Part shown: in pieces, positions 1 through 11,621 of the stretch | Numbering within the stretch: the first letter of the stretch is position 1 | Layout: each line of letters begins with the position of its first letter | Assembly (NCBI RefSeq): GCF_032062105.1 | Contig: NW_026940465.1 | Coordinates: 62,001-120,754, forward strand | Length of the DNA stretch: 58,754 nucleotides | Reading direction: 5' to 3' | Source: Saccostrea cucullata | Lineage: Eukaryota | Notes under the pieces: generated by a model | The model's database searches: none | Seen by the model: only the letters and a program-made list of their open reading frames with translations | Told to the model about the DNA's origin: nothing | Translations under genes and position numbers: made by a program

Positions 1-1411
1 AAGAAATTGCAGAAATTATGGCAAATGCCAGAAAGACATCTACACAAACAGTTTATGATGCAAGACTCAGAATATATAGCAGTTGGTGTAAAGAACAGGG
101 TGTTAATCCCATTACAGCATCTATACCAGAGTTAGCACAATTTTTTATGTATCTCTTCAATGTGAGAAAGTGTAAACCACAGACTATAGCTGGATACAAG
201 TCAGCAATAGCAATAGTTCATCAGAATGGGAGCAGTATTGGTACAAGTACAGAACTTTCTTCATTGTTGAAAGGTTTATTTAATAAACACCCATCTGTAC
301 GTCAGTTGACACCGAACTGGAATTTACCACTGGTTTTGTTAACTCTGACAAAACATCCTTTTGAACCACTAGAGTCAGCAGATCTAAAGTTTTTGACTCT
401 TAAAACTGTTTTTCTGGTAGCCATAGCTTCAGCTTCAAGAGTGAGCGAGATTCATAGCCTCACTTTAGATGATGGTCACTTTAGAATAGAGAGGAAAGGA
501 ATAAAAATGTTACCAAATATGGAATTCCTGGCAAAGACTCAAACCATAAATAGACCATGGGACCCTATTTATATTCCTGCATTTGATTCATTCGCCACAG
601 ATTCAGAGGATTTAAAATTGTGTCCTTGTCGTGCATTGAAGATTTATATCAATAGAACGAAAACTATTCGGAAGTCGAATAGGTTATTTGTGACATATCA
701 ACAGAATAACCACAAGGAAGCATCAAAAGACACTATTGCAAGATGGATAGTTAGCATGGTTCGTTTTGCTTATGATAATGCAGAAGCAGCAACATTGAAT
801 CTAGTTAGAGCACATGACACTAGACGTTTGTCAACTTCCTGGGCTCTGTTCTGTGGTGTTTCTGCAGAGGAGATTTTACGGGCAGCACACTGGGCATCTG
901 AATCTACCTTTACAGCATTTTATCTGAAAGATGTTCCAGATCATCAGTCCATTTTTGCCAAGGCAGCAATTTTGGACTCATCAAGGAGAGGGAAGCAAAA
1001 ATAGGTAATTATGTACCTTTTATGTACTTTTGTCACTTACTTTTCCTCTCCCACCTCCAAACTGGGCTGCAAATTCTTTTGCAAATAGTTAAGGAGGCAG
1101 GTAAGTGGAAATATTGAAATGAACTTGGATTTTTGGGGGTAAAATCCGTGTTCATGAGATATTTACACTTACCTGCCTCACCCGGCCCTCCTCCCCTCTC
1201 GAGGAAGTTGAAAGGTCAGAACCTTTTAAGTTCGTCGAGAGAAACTGAAGAGTTATAGTTAAGGGGGATAACTGGAGGTGATACCGTAGTTACTCTGAAA
1301 AAATATATCGACGCATTGTATGGGGAACTAGAGGGAAATTGCAAATAGTTAAGGAGGCAGGTAAGTGTAAATATCTCATGAACACGGATTTTACCCCCAA
1401 AAATCCAAATT
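1..1411 (+). mobile_element. DIRS1-like YR retrotransposon, 3' portion (YR ORF + ICR + right terminal repeat), probably inside an intron of the WH2-motif gene
   Basis: The YR ORF is followed by a perfect 55-bp inverted pair (1125-1179 vs 1354-1408) and a 29-bp direct pair (1079-1107 vs 1339-1367). This is the ICR/terminal-repeat layout known for DIRS1 elements. Confidence 0.88.
18..1004 (+). CDS. Tyrosine recombinase (phage-integrase fold) of a DIRS1-type retrotransposon; the frame is open to the window edge, so it is probably 5'-incomplete
   Basis: Intact 328-aa ORF with the YR catalytic motifs R (SASRVSEI), H-x-x-R (RAHDTRR), H/W (AAHWAS) and Y (TFTAFY). The LKTVFLVAIASASR and LCPCRALKIYI segments are typical of DIRS YRs. 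In-frame codons E-I-A-E-I precede the ATG. Confidence 0.93.
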   Translation: MANARKTSTQTVYDARLRIYSSWCKEQGVNPITASIPELAQFFMYLFNVRKCKPQTIAGYKSAIAIVHQNGSSIGTSTELSSLLKGLFNKHPSVRQLTPNWNLPLVLLTLTKHPFEPLESADLKFLTLKTVFLVAIASASRVSEIHSLTLDDGHFRIERKGIKMLPNMEFLAKTQTINRPWDPIYIPAFDSFATDSEDLKLCPCRALKIYINRTKTIRKSNRLFVTYQQNNHKEASKDTIARWIVSMVRFAYDNAEAATLNLVRAHDTRRLSTSWALFCGVSAEEILRAAHWASESTFTAFYLKDVPDHQSIFAKAAILDSSRRGKQK

Positions 1412-2300
1412 AAGCATATAGTACATGAGAAATACAAACGGTATTTTCACTCATTGTTTTGCTATTTAATTTCCAACTAATGAAAATTTTCCAGGCAGCG
1501 TGCTCCAACTGTTCATAAATTACTTTAACCTTATCCATTTTGAAGTACTACCTGACTTATTTACTTCAAAAAACGATCGTTTTTTTCCTAATCCGAATTT
1601 CCTCCATCCCTCTGTTAATGGTAAATTGACATGCAGATATCTCTTTCCATTATTTACGGTCCCCTAATCAACTAATAGCAAAGTGTTATGTGGTTAAACT
1701 TTAATATATATCAATTGTATTTAATGGCTTGAAATGAAAATAAAATAATTTTGCTTCATTTTAGGTAAGTTACAATAGTATAATATGTTCAGAAAAGAAA
1801 AGATATACATAATTTTCTTAAAATTTTTAAACTTCAAATTTAAAAGGGATGGCTTAGGACTCTGACTTTCTCAACAATGAACTTTTTACGATATTTGTTT
1901 TTACAATTTTTTGCCCCTATATTTGGACTGCTCAGTTTTAACTTCGGGCTAGTAACTTTATTGCTGTTACAAGCCTGTGGGCTAGTACTTGATTTTTTTT
2001 AATTGCACACCCCTGAGTCGTAAGGCAGTTGGCAAGAAACCACCTATATTTCAAGCCAAACAAAAGTAAGGCACCATACAATGGTAAAACTGTTTTGTAA
2101 TATAACCAACTCATGTGAATTTGTGTATAAAAAAATTCAATAAAATAAAAAAAAATTCCTACCTACCGACCCTATTTTATTTCAGCATGTAACAGTAAAC
2201 AAAGATATTTTTTTGTTTGGCCTTATATAAAGCAGAGAAATGCATTTATATATCAGGACAAAAATATTGGAATTTATTGCATTCTGATGTCCATTTTCAG

Positions 2301-4484
2301 ATGAAGAGGAGTACAAGAATGAAATGGCTCACTTTGTTGAAAGAATGAATAAAGAGGTAATCAACCAGAAAGTTCCGGAATCAATCCAGTCAGAACCGGA
2401 TTCAGAATCCAGACAGAAGATTTCAGTAGAGGAGGTGAAACTGGATCTCCAGTCCTCAAGTGATGAAGGTTCAGCAAAGCCCAGTCCGAGAGAAAATAAA
2501 AACACTGCCCAAAGAGAACAGGAGGTGTCTGAAATCACATATAGTTTTACTGTGGATGCAGTTCCTCCTGAGTTTCAAGAGAATGAAGAGGTCAAAGGTC
2601 AGAAGAATGAAAATGAGGAGGAAGAAGAGGAAGAGGAATATACAGAGACAATAACTACAGAGGTTCTTCTTTACCCCCTTTCTTCATCAGATGGACCGGA
2701 GAGCCCAAGAAAGATTCCAGATTTGGATTCCCCTAAAGAGCATGCTATGCCAGTTGTTCCTGTGGAGAAACCCAAAGAGACAGAAAAAGTGAAAGAGGAA
2801 ATTAAAGAAAAACCTCCAGTTCAGAAAGTAGACATTGTGAAAAAAGTTCAGGAGACCAAAGTTGCAAAGACTGAAGAAAAACCCAAAGTGAAGCAAGAGA
2901 AAGAGGAGTTTGTGTTAACATTTGACGATTTACAAAATGTGGATTTCACGGGACCAAAGAAGAAAAAACCACAGACTCTGAATCTGAATGTAGAGACAAA
3001 GGCAAAGCCTGCAGAGGAGGTGAAAAGACGATCAGGTAGAAAATCCCCTGCTGTTGTGACTTCTCCTGTGTTGGTCTTGGAGGAACTTCGATCTCGATTC
3101 AAGTCCGACGGGGATGAAAACGTCTTGATCACCCCACTCAAGGAGAGTCGCAATGGAAGTATTAAGGATAGGTGTAATGAACTGAGTTTCACTCCCAGCT
3201 CTGAAGGAGAGCAGGAACATGTGATGGAGGAGAAATCCATCTCATTCATGAACTTCTCTGTTGTGAGGTCTTCTGACCAAGTCCCCAAAAAGGAGGAAAA
3301 AATTGTGATTGAGAAACTCGATCTTTCGAAAGATGTGACTGATGGTGTTTCAGGACCAGTGAATAGTGATATTAATGAAGACAGTGTGAATAACAATGAA
3401 TCTGCTCCGAATTCGGCTCGAGATAGTGTGAGTAGTAAGTCTTCTCAAAATTCAGCTCGAGATAGTCTGAACAACAATGACTCTGCTCCAAATTCCGCTC
3501 GAGACAGTGTAGCCAGTATAGAACAAGAAATAGACCCACTAGGACAAATGCAACAGCAATTCCAAATTTGGCAAACTCAGTTGGAACAAAATCAAAACCT
3601 TCTGGCATCCCAACCCGTTCCAACAGACGAAAACTCACTACAACTCCAAAACCAGCTGAAGAGCCAAATTGAGATTCAGAAACAAATGCTTGCTCAAATG
3701 CAGAAAAGCATGGAGACACTAGCCGCTCAAGCTCAAACTAAGCCAACTGATTCTCCCAGAAACAGTATTGATAAGACAGAAGTGTCTAGCAGACAGGATA
3801 CGATTCCTAGCCCCCCAGTAATGCCTCAGATGAGGATGAAATCAGATTCTCTGGACAAGGAGAAGAAGTCCAAGAGGAAAAGCAGCAAGAGGTTCGAACC
3901 CAAGCTGGACCCGCGGGAAGAGCTGATGCTGCAGATTAGGAATTTCCAAGGAAGAGGGGGACTTAAAAAGGTTACTTGCTATATTCAGTTTCATTTTTTT
4001 TTCTGTTTAAAAAATTTCAGAGTTTTCTACTTCCCTATCCTAAATTTTCTTAATGTAGAAAAAGATATCTACAGATTTAATTTTTAGGTCACCTGAGTAA
4101 ACTCAGGTGACCTATTGCTATCTGTTTTTGTCTGTCGTCGTTCGTCGTGCGTCGTTCGTCGTGCGTTAACATTTAAACATTTTCAGCTTCTTCTCTGAAA
4201 CCAATTTCAACCAATTTTGGCATATAGCATTTGTGGATGAAGGGGAACAAAAATTGTGAATTTCATAGTCCCTGCCCCCCTGGGGCCTAGGGGGTGGGGC
4301 CAAAACCACTAAAATTAGTGCAATCTTTAAAAATCTTCTTCTTTACTCCTGGACATCAAGCAGTCAAACTGTTGGTATGATTGTAATCAGAATTGAGTCC
4401 TCTACCTATATTGTGAAATTCATGGCCCCAGGGTCAGGGGTTCTGGTGTTACATGTAGGGTGGGGCTCTATTGATTATATAGTG

Positions 4485-4518
<34 letters not shown>

Positions 4519-5695
4519 GTTCCTGAGTATTAAATAAACTAATTAAGTACATAGTTATGATGAGCAAGAGTGCCTCTATTAAAATTTTGAAATTCATGGC
4601 CCCAGGGTCAGGGGTTCTGGTATTAGGGTGGGGCTCTGTTGATTGTATAGTGAAAATGCATTTATTTTTTGAAAATCTTCTTCTCTGCTTCTTCTGTATC
4701 AAATAAACCAACTAAGTAAAAAGTTATCATGAGCAAGAGAACCTTTTCCAAAATTTTGAATTTAATGGCCCCAGGGTCAGGGGTCAGGGTGGGGCTCTAT
4801 TGATTATATAGTGAAAATACATTAAAATTTCTTTGAAAATCTTAGTGAAAATACATTATTTCTTTGAAAATCTTCTTATCTGCTCCTAGGTATGAAATAA
4901 ACTAACTAAGTACATAGTTATGATGAGGAAGAATGCCTCTACCAAAATTGTGAAATTCATGGCCCCAGGGTCAGGGGTTATGGTGTTACGGAGTGGCTCT
5001 ATAATGATTATATAGTAAAAATACATTTTATCTATGAAAATCTATTTCTCTACTCCAGGGTAATAAACAGATGTACTACCTATATAGTTATGATGTGCAA
5101 GGGCTCTTCTTCCAGAATTGTAAATTTGAAGGCCCCTGTGTCAGGGATACCCAAGAGGGGGGGGGGGCTCTAACTTATATACTGAAAATGAATTGTTTGA
5201 AATCTTCTCCTTATTATTAATCAAATATTATTGATAAGCAAGTGTGCCTTTTCAAAAATTATGCAGTGTGTTTACCTAGGGCCTGGGGTTCATGTGTGGT
5301 AGGGGCACTTATGATATCGGTGAATATTACTGATTGCTTGAAATGCATTTTTTGTTCCCCTGCCCTGCTTATGGGTATTAAGTAAACAAACTAAACAATT
5401 GCTGAGTGTATAGTTATGATTAGCAATGGTGCCTCTTTTAGAATTGTGAATGCCTTAGCATCTGGCTTGAAACATGAACCAAATTCAATCATTTGAAAGT
5501 TGTTGCATGATGCTCAGGTGACCTATAAGGCCTGTGGGCCTCTTGTTTAAAGAAATACTCTTGCAAAAATGCAAATGGCATTTGAATGCATTAAGTGCTC
5601 AACAACATTTAGATTCAATATAATTTTTTTTTTTTGCACGGTAGGTTCCAGTAAAGAAAACAAAATGGGTGTCTGGTCCAGGTGTGAATGAGTAA
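2301..5695 (+). CDS. 3' end of a gene for a Glu/Lys/Ser-rich, largely disordered protein with a Gln-rich coiled coil and a C-terminal WH2-like motif; exons 2301-3970 and 5645-5695; upstream exons lie outside the window
   Basis: Acceptor ttttcag/2301, a 1670-nt open exon, donor AAG/gttact at 3971, acceptor gtag/5645. The join reads PREELMLQIRNFQGRGGLKK|VPVKKTKWVSGPGVNE*, an amphipathic helix followed by LKKV (WH2 signature). The ORF-track tail after LKKV (VTCYIQF...) is intronic. Confidence 0.8.
4084..5547 (+). mobile_element. Non-autonomous Helentron/HINE-like element with a ~170-bp tandem-repeat core, in the last intron of the WH2 gene
   Basis: T-run followed by the 5' hairpin taggtcacctgagt-aa-actcaggtgaccta (4085-4114) and a (GTC/CGT)-type microsatellite at ~4135-4165. 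About 5 units containing catggccccagggtcagggg (~4415, 4590, 4760, 4952, 5125). 3' subTIR ctcaggtgacct (5513-5524), then the hairpin aggcc-tgt-gggcct and cttgttt. Confidence 0.85.
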
Positions 5696-7747
5696 CCATA
5701 GATACTGAGGTCATAACCATAGCAACAGGGACAGCCAATCAAGAGCGGATTCTTGAATGCATCCGTCTGCTTCACGCCAAAATATAACCTGAGTAGACAC
5801 AGGGTGGAGCAGAATGCGGAGAGGGTTCAACTGTAAGGGTCAAAGGTTAAAGGTCTTTGAACCAGAAAGTGAGGCAACGTGATAAACAGAGCCAGAGTTG
5901 CTAGAAATGAATTATATTTGTGATAGTATTTTGTACTACAAAAAGGTTAACATGAATAATGATGCATATTTATATAATAATCAGTTTGTAGCAGTCTTCC
6001 AAAGAAATTTGATCAAGATTATACATTTAATGAAATGTACAATAACATTAGTAAATTCATACAATTTTCATCTCCAATTTATTCATTAATTTTAGGTTTG
6101 AAGTTTAAAGCAATTAATATATTGATTTACTTTGTATACAATGTGTTTTGGGTATGCATATCCCCAAAGATGAACAAATCAAAGAAAATAATTTTTTATA
6201 GCCTTTTAATTTTATATCTTTCAAGAAGTTTAATCACCAAAACAAAATGGTTGCTTTTGGTGTATTATTTCACCTTACAGCAAAGAGAGATAATATTTTT
6301 GTCAATAAGTATGAATTTTCAAATATGTACCAATAGATTTCATATGGTATAAATTTTATCTCTGTTTCTGTTAACAAACATGGTCATTATTGAGAACAAA
6401 GAAGTTCATTTAATTAAGAAGTTTCTTAATGATATTGACCAAGAGATATATTTTTATAATCTTTGAAGAATAAATATTATGTTTTAATGATAATCAGCCT
6501 CCCCCCTTTTTTTCAAAACCTACTTGTAGCAAAGATAATCTTAGTGAAGATTACATAGGTCCAAATGTATGGCATTTCTCTTGTATATAAAAAAATATTC
6601 CAGGATTCTGTAATATATTTTGTTTACTTTACTGTAGATAGAATTCTTCATGTTGCATTTGCTATATTCAAATGTTTCAAACAAAGTGCAATTCCATTTG
6701 ACCTGTTTTCATCTTTGACAGTTCAAACATAATTATTTGTTTTTTTAGTATGTTAATTGTTTTAGATGTGCATATGTACAATATATATAAAAGAGTGTTC
6801 ATAGATCAAAAAAATTGTATATATTAATTAGATTAATTACAAAGGTAAATCAATTATGCCAGTATCTCTAATATTTTTTTTAATTGAAAATCCGAATACT
6901 AAATATGGGTTTTCACAATTCATAGATAGATGGCTCTGTTGAATATTATTTGTACAAAAATATGTATTTATTTTAATCTGTGATGTAGAAGAAAAAAAAT
7001 ATTTGGGGCATGTTCAAACAATAATCAGATATTACTTGACAATGTACATGTATATATATTTTGATCTAAAACTTGTATATGCTGTGAGATTTTGGATAAA
7101 AAGTTTTATGATATATTTTTGATATAAGTGGAGTATTAATGAAATCAACTAATTTTGAAAAAAAATCCATAAATTTATATTCTGATTCAGAAGATGCATT
7201 AAAATGCTAAGTTCGGGTTTTTAAACATTTTAAAGCTGGGGCTGTTGGGATTTTATGAGAATTGAATTATGGGTAAATTGAAAATTTGACACAATCTTTA
7301 ACATTAACCTATTCCATATCCATTCAGCATACACTAATGCCAATGTATAATCACTTGTCTATATTATTTTTTTATTTGTATATTATTATCAATTGCATAC
7401 ACAATATATTATATATTAAAGGCTTTGTGAAAAACAGAGTCAATAAAAGGAGAAATTTTAAAAAAAGAGAGCTTTCTTTTAATTTATTCATTAATTAAGG
7501 AGGGATTCTTCTCATATTTCTTGAATTTTAAAATTGATGAACTTTTAACAGATTCAAGAAGACAATATCATATAATAATAGTAGGGATGGGGTACCATTC
7601 AACTGTTTTATTTTAGAAGCAATGTCATTTTCTTTTCCATTGACATTAAGCATAAAAAATTACTTTTACCAATCTTGCGATGCTCAGTTTACATACGTAT
7701 TTAATATGTAAGACATGTTAAGCAAATGTACTTTCAATATTTATTTT

Positions 7748-7877
7748 AATCCGAAAAATCTGACATTTTCCAGGATTTTTTTACGATTTTGATATTTTAC
7801 GTGACAGAAAATTTATCCTGGCACGTAAAATATCAAAATCGTAAAATAAGCCCGGAAAACATCATGTTTTTCGGACT
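7748..7877. mobile_element. Short palindromic MITE (family also at 18053-18190)
   Basis: Near-complete self-complementarity: tccgaaaaatctga...ttacgattttgatattttacgtg / cacgtaaaatatcaaaatcgtaa...tttttcggact. Confidence 0.6.
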
Positions 7878-8592
7878 GTGGTTATTCTTGTCAGAAACCA
7901 GACAAGAATCCCACCTTAATACCATTAGAATCACAGTGTAATGTAGTTCAAGCTAGACTCTTTCCTGGAATTTTCAGAGATAATGAATTTATATGTGATA
8001 GTAAGAAAAAATCTTGCATTTCTTTAAAAAAAGGGATGGCTGAGGTACAGAGTGCCATCTATGAGAAGGAAAATTAAATTGAGGTTCAAAAACCCTCTGC
8101 TCATTCATATGAAATGCAGTTTTACTGTAAATGATTTTCCGAAAGAAATCTGTTTTACAAATAAAATAGACCAATCATAGCATAAGCCAAATAGTAATTA
8201 AGTTCTAAATTGTTCAAATCATAGGCTCTGGTTTTGTGATGGCTTGACATGAGGGGAAATTTTACATTTGACTGTAGAAGAAAACTTTGGATAAATTTTA
8301 CATTGTCGGGAAAAGAATTTCTCTCCACAAGTGCAAGGATGAAATTTAAAAAAAAAAAAGACGTTTTGGGGATACATAGACCTGATGGATGATTATATTG
8401 GAGCCATAATACTGGACCACTATTACTTACAGAAATATAAAAGTCCTTCACATCTGGTGAGTTACTTAGGTGAGCATAATAGCCCATGAACTCCTCTTGT
8501 TTCTGTAGTACTCTTTATGAATCACTGGTGGTGTGAAATTGCAAAGAGCGATAACTCTAACATTGATATGAACATTTAGAAAGAGCAATAGG

Positions 8593-8938
8593 TAGAAGCA
8601 TTTCCAGTTTAGGTTGGACTTTCAGTAATGCGTGGCATTCTCGATGCTGCATAATTAGCTTCTAAAATTTACCCAGCTTTCCTTCACTGTTGAAAAAAAC
8701 ATGGGATAGAAATTCGGGCAAATGCCAATTAGTGTATCGAATAACCGATAACATTGTCTCATCCGGCAAAGAGGTGGAGCTTAAGTCGTCTCATCGTTAT
8801 TAACAACGATTTAAAGTTCCTGATGTTGTTAATTTCTTAACCAGTGAGAATCTATTCACCATATGACAGACGCTAAATACATAGCGCCTAGAATGCCACA
8901 CCTTACTGAAAGTCCAAGCTTACCTGAAAATGGTTCTA
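8593..8938. mobile_element. MITE with ~50-bp imperfect TIRs and TAG...CTA ends
   Basis: tagaagcatttccagtttaggttggactttcagtaatgcgtggcattct versus agaatgccacaccttactgaaagtccaagcttacctgaaaatggttcta. Confidence 0.6.
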
Positions 8939-8960
8939 ATTCTTTCTAACACATCTCCAC

Positions 8961-9031
8961 AAGCCTTGGGTTTCTGAATCTCTACTCTTCTCAAAAGCGG
9001 AGAGTAGCGTATCAGAAAACCCTAGGCTAGC
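8961..9031. mobile_element. ~70-bp hairpin mini-element (related copies at 20328-20396 and a fragment at ~27800)
   Basis: agccttgggtttctga...ctactct / agagtagcgtatcagaaaaccctaggct; the 20.3-kb copy reads gccaagggtttctgatacgctac...aaacccttggc. Confidence 0.5.
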
Positions 9032-11472
9032 GATTGATAGGATCTCTACGACTCTAAAATTGAATCTATGCAAAGAGCGATAACTCTAGCATTGACAGGT
9101 ACCTGTACAAAGAGTGGCAAGTCCAGCATTGATAGGAACCTGTACAAAGTGCGATAACTCTAACATTGATAGAAACATTTAAGCAAAGAGCGATAATTCT
9201 AAACCTGAAGAAAGAGCAATAACTCAACATTGAAAGGAACCTATGCAAAGGGCGAAAACTCTTACATTGATAGGAACCTTTGAAAAAAGAGAGATAATTC
9301 TAATATAACTTGATACCTATACAAAGAACGATAATTCCAAATTGATAGGATCCTATAGCAGCGAAGATGTCTTCAGTAACCAAAAAGGTCTATATACTTG
9401 AAAGTGCATACACGATGTTCTTTGCGAAAAATGGAGGCAAAATTTCGGAATTTTGAATTGGTATGATATTAAAAAATAAAAATTGAAGAAAGATAAATTT
9501 AATACTGTATTAAAGCTAATCCATAGAACATAAGAATCAAAGTACTGTGAGTACTGAAAGACGGTGGCATGAATGGTTGTTTAACGTCCCTTTTGAGAAT
9601 AAATTTTGAGCAGCGAGGAATATTTTTCTGGCTAGCAATTACTGCGAAAACGGATTCTGAATTAAGGGCGTGTCCCGCAGTGGGAGTCGAATTCGCGATA
9701 TATGACTTTTCGCAGATGTGAAAGAAGCGAAAAAATTATGTACGAATTGACTTCTATAGTTTGCATACGAATATACGAATCGGTTGGTGTACGAGTTAGT
9801 TGTAGTTTGGCTTAACTCAATGAATATTCATTAGGCGAGAGATATTGATAACGGCAAATATCAGGAATTAGGCTTTGTGTCCATCAACGAAATGTCTTTG
9901 AAATAACTTGAAAGTATTTGTTAACTATGTACATTTTATTTTCAAACATAGAAACGTGTCTACTTTCATTATTTTGACTCTGCAAAAATCTCCGCTAGGG
10001 TCCCCATGTGTTTACATGTTGTTTAATATTCATAGCCCAGACCAGCAGCAATAGCCTGTGGCTATATATAGCCACCGTCTAAAAAGAACAGAGAGTACAT
10101 GTGTAAAGAGAAAAATGCAGCCTTTAAATATGATCACAGTTCTAAAATACCCCCCCCCCCCCAATGAAAAAAACATGTGTGGGAAGAAGGGGAGGAAGGG
10201 GGTGTAAAAATGACCTGGAGCTCGTGGGAGGGGGGAGGGGGCTCAAAACGACGGGCGGGGTTGGTGGTTTAAAAATGAGACATGCTCTTCGAAAATATAT
10301 TCCATTGCATATGTACATGTTTTTATTTCTTCGCAAAGTTTTCATTTTTCCATTAATCTCAAATTCATGTACCTTTGATAGTAACGGATTTATTCGCCTA
10401 ACATGGAACCAAGATAAAAAAAAAAACCCAATCATTCAAGATGGAAACTTTCAAACATCTTTGACATGTGTTACCAATATAGTTAATAAATTTCCTAGGA
10501 CGATGGGGATAAAATGTGTTAAATTGAACCACGATTGCTTGATTTATTGAAACAGCTGATTTTATATTATCATATTGAGAGACAGAATTTCAATTTCCTA
10601 CTGCTGGCTCACCTAAGCAATATCCAAACTCCTTCGATGCTGACAATTTTATGTTAAAATGCGAATGGATTCACGTTTTCCCGAGACCAAAAAAATCTTC
10701 TTTGGTGCAATTTTATAGTTAGCTTGACAGAGTGAGTAATTTAAATATTTTAATAATTTAAGATAGAATTTCAAATTTGATTTATTTGTATTTCAATTAA
10801 GGATGCAAGATAATACTCAGTAGTCATAATCAATACGCTTCATATCGTTTTATACGATAAAATAAAGTTTGATATAAATACAATTTAGTCTAAAATAACG
10901 AAACAGTCTTGAAAATTTGAATTGAGATATAAAGTACAGATGTACTTCAGATTTTTGGATCCTTTAAGAAGAAAATAAATGTAAGTATGTGTAAACGTAC
11001 TTGAAATTAATAAATCTTTGGAGAAAAATCTTCTCTCTCTCTCTTTTGAAATACCATTCTTTGTGTATTTAATCATACTTAGTAAATGAATACCCCTCGC
11101 TATAGCATTTCGTCTGTCTTAATATATTTTTTTTTAATTTTATTTTTTTTATTATCACTTATTTAAATTGCCTTTTTGAAGAAAATATTGTTGCAATACA
11201 AATCTATACGAAAAAAGTATAATATTTCTAATGTTTTGCTGACCCGGCATACAAAAATCGATGTTTGACTGCTGAGGGAGATGTTGGACCGGTCGAAGAG
11301 ATGTTGGACCGCTTACGTCACAGAATTGGCGGAGCTTAATCTCCTTTTCTTCTTTTGTTGTTCATCAGTGACGGACCTGAGGTTACATCACGGAAGACAG
11401 TATAAAATACGTGTATGTCAAAAAAAAAAAATAATAAAATAAAATAAATAAATAAAAGAAAGGTATAACAAA

Positions 11473-11621
11473 ACATTTATTGACCGAGTTCTCGGGCAAA
11501 ATACGTTTTGTCAACCCTCGACCAAACTGTCTGCCTTCGGGCTAACGGCTTCAGGCAGACAGTTTATTTGTTCTTGGGTCCGACAAAACGCATGTTGCCC
11601 GAGAACTCAGTCAATAAATGT
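11473..11621. mobile_element. Palindromic hairpin MITE
   Basis: acatttattgaccgagttctcgggcaa...aaactgtctgcct / aggcagacagttt...ttgcccgagaactcagtcaataaatgt. Confidence 0.65.

Larger units (their letters stand above)
8540..9355. repeat. ~38-39-bp minisatellite, split by inserted elements (8540-8590 and ~9060-9355)
   Basis: Recurrent unit gcaaagagcgataactctaacattgataggaacct. Confidence 0.7.

Noticed and set aside
3971-4087. C-terminal extension of the 587-aa ORF
   Set aside because: It is read-through into the intron after the donor at 3971; a better terminal exon exists at 5645.
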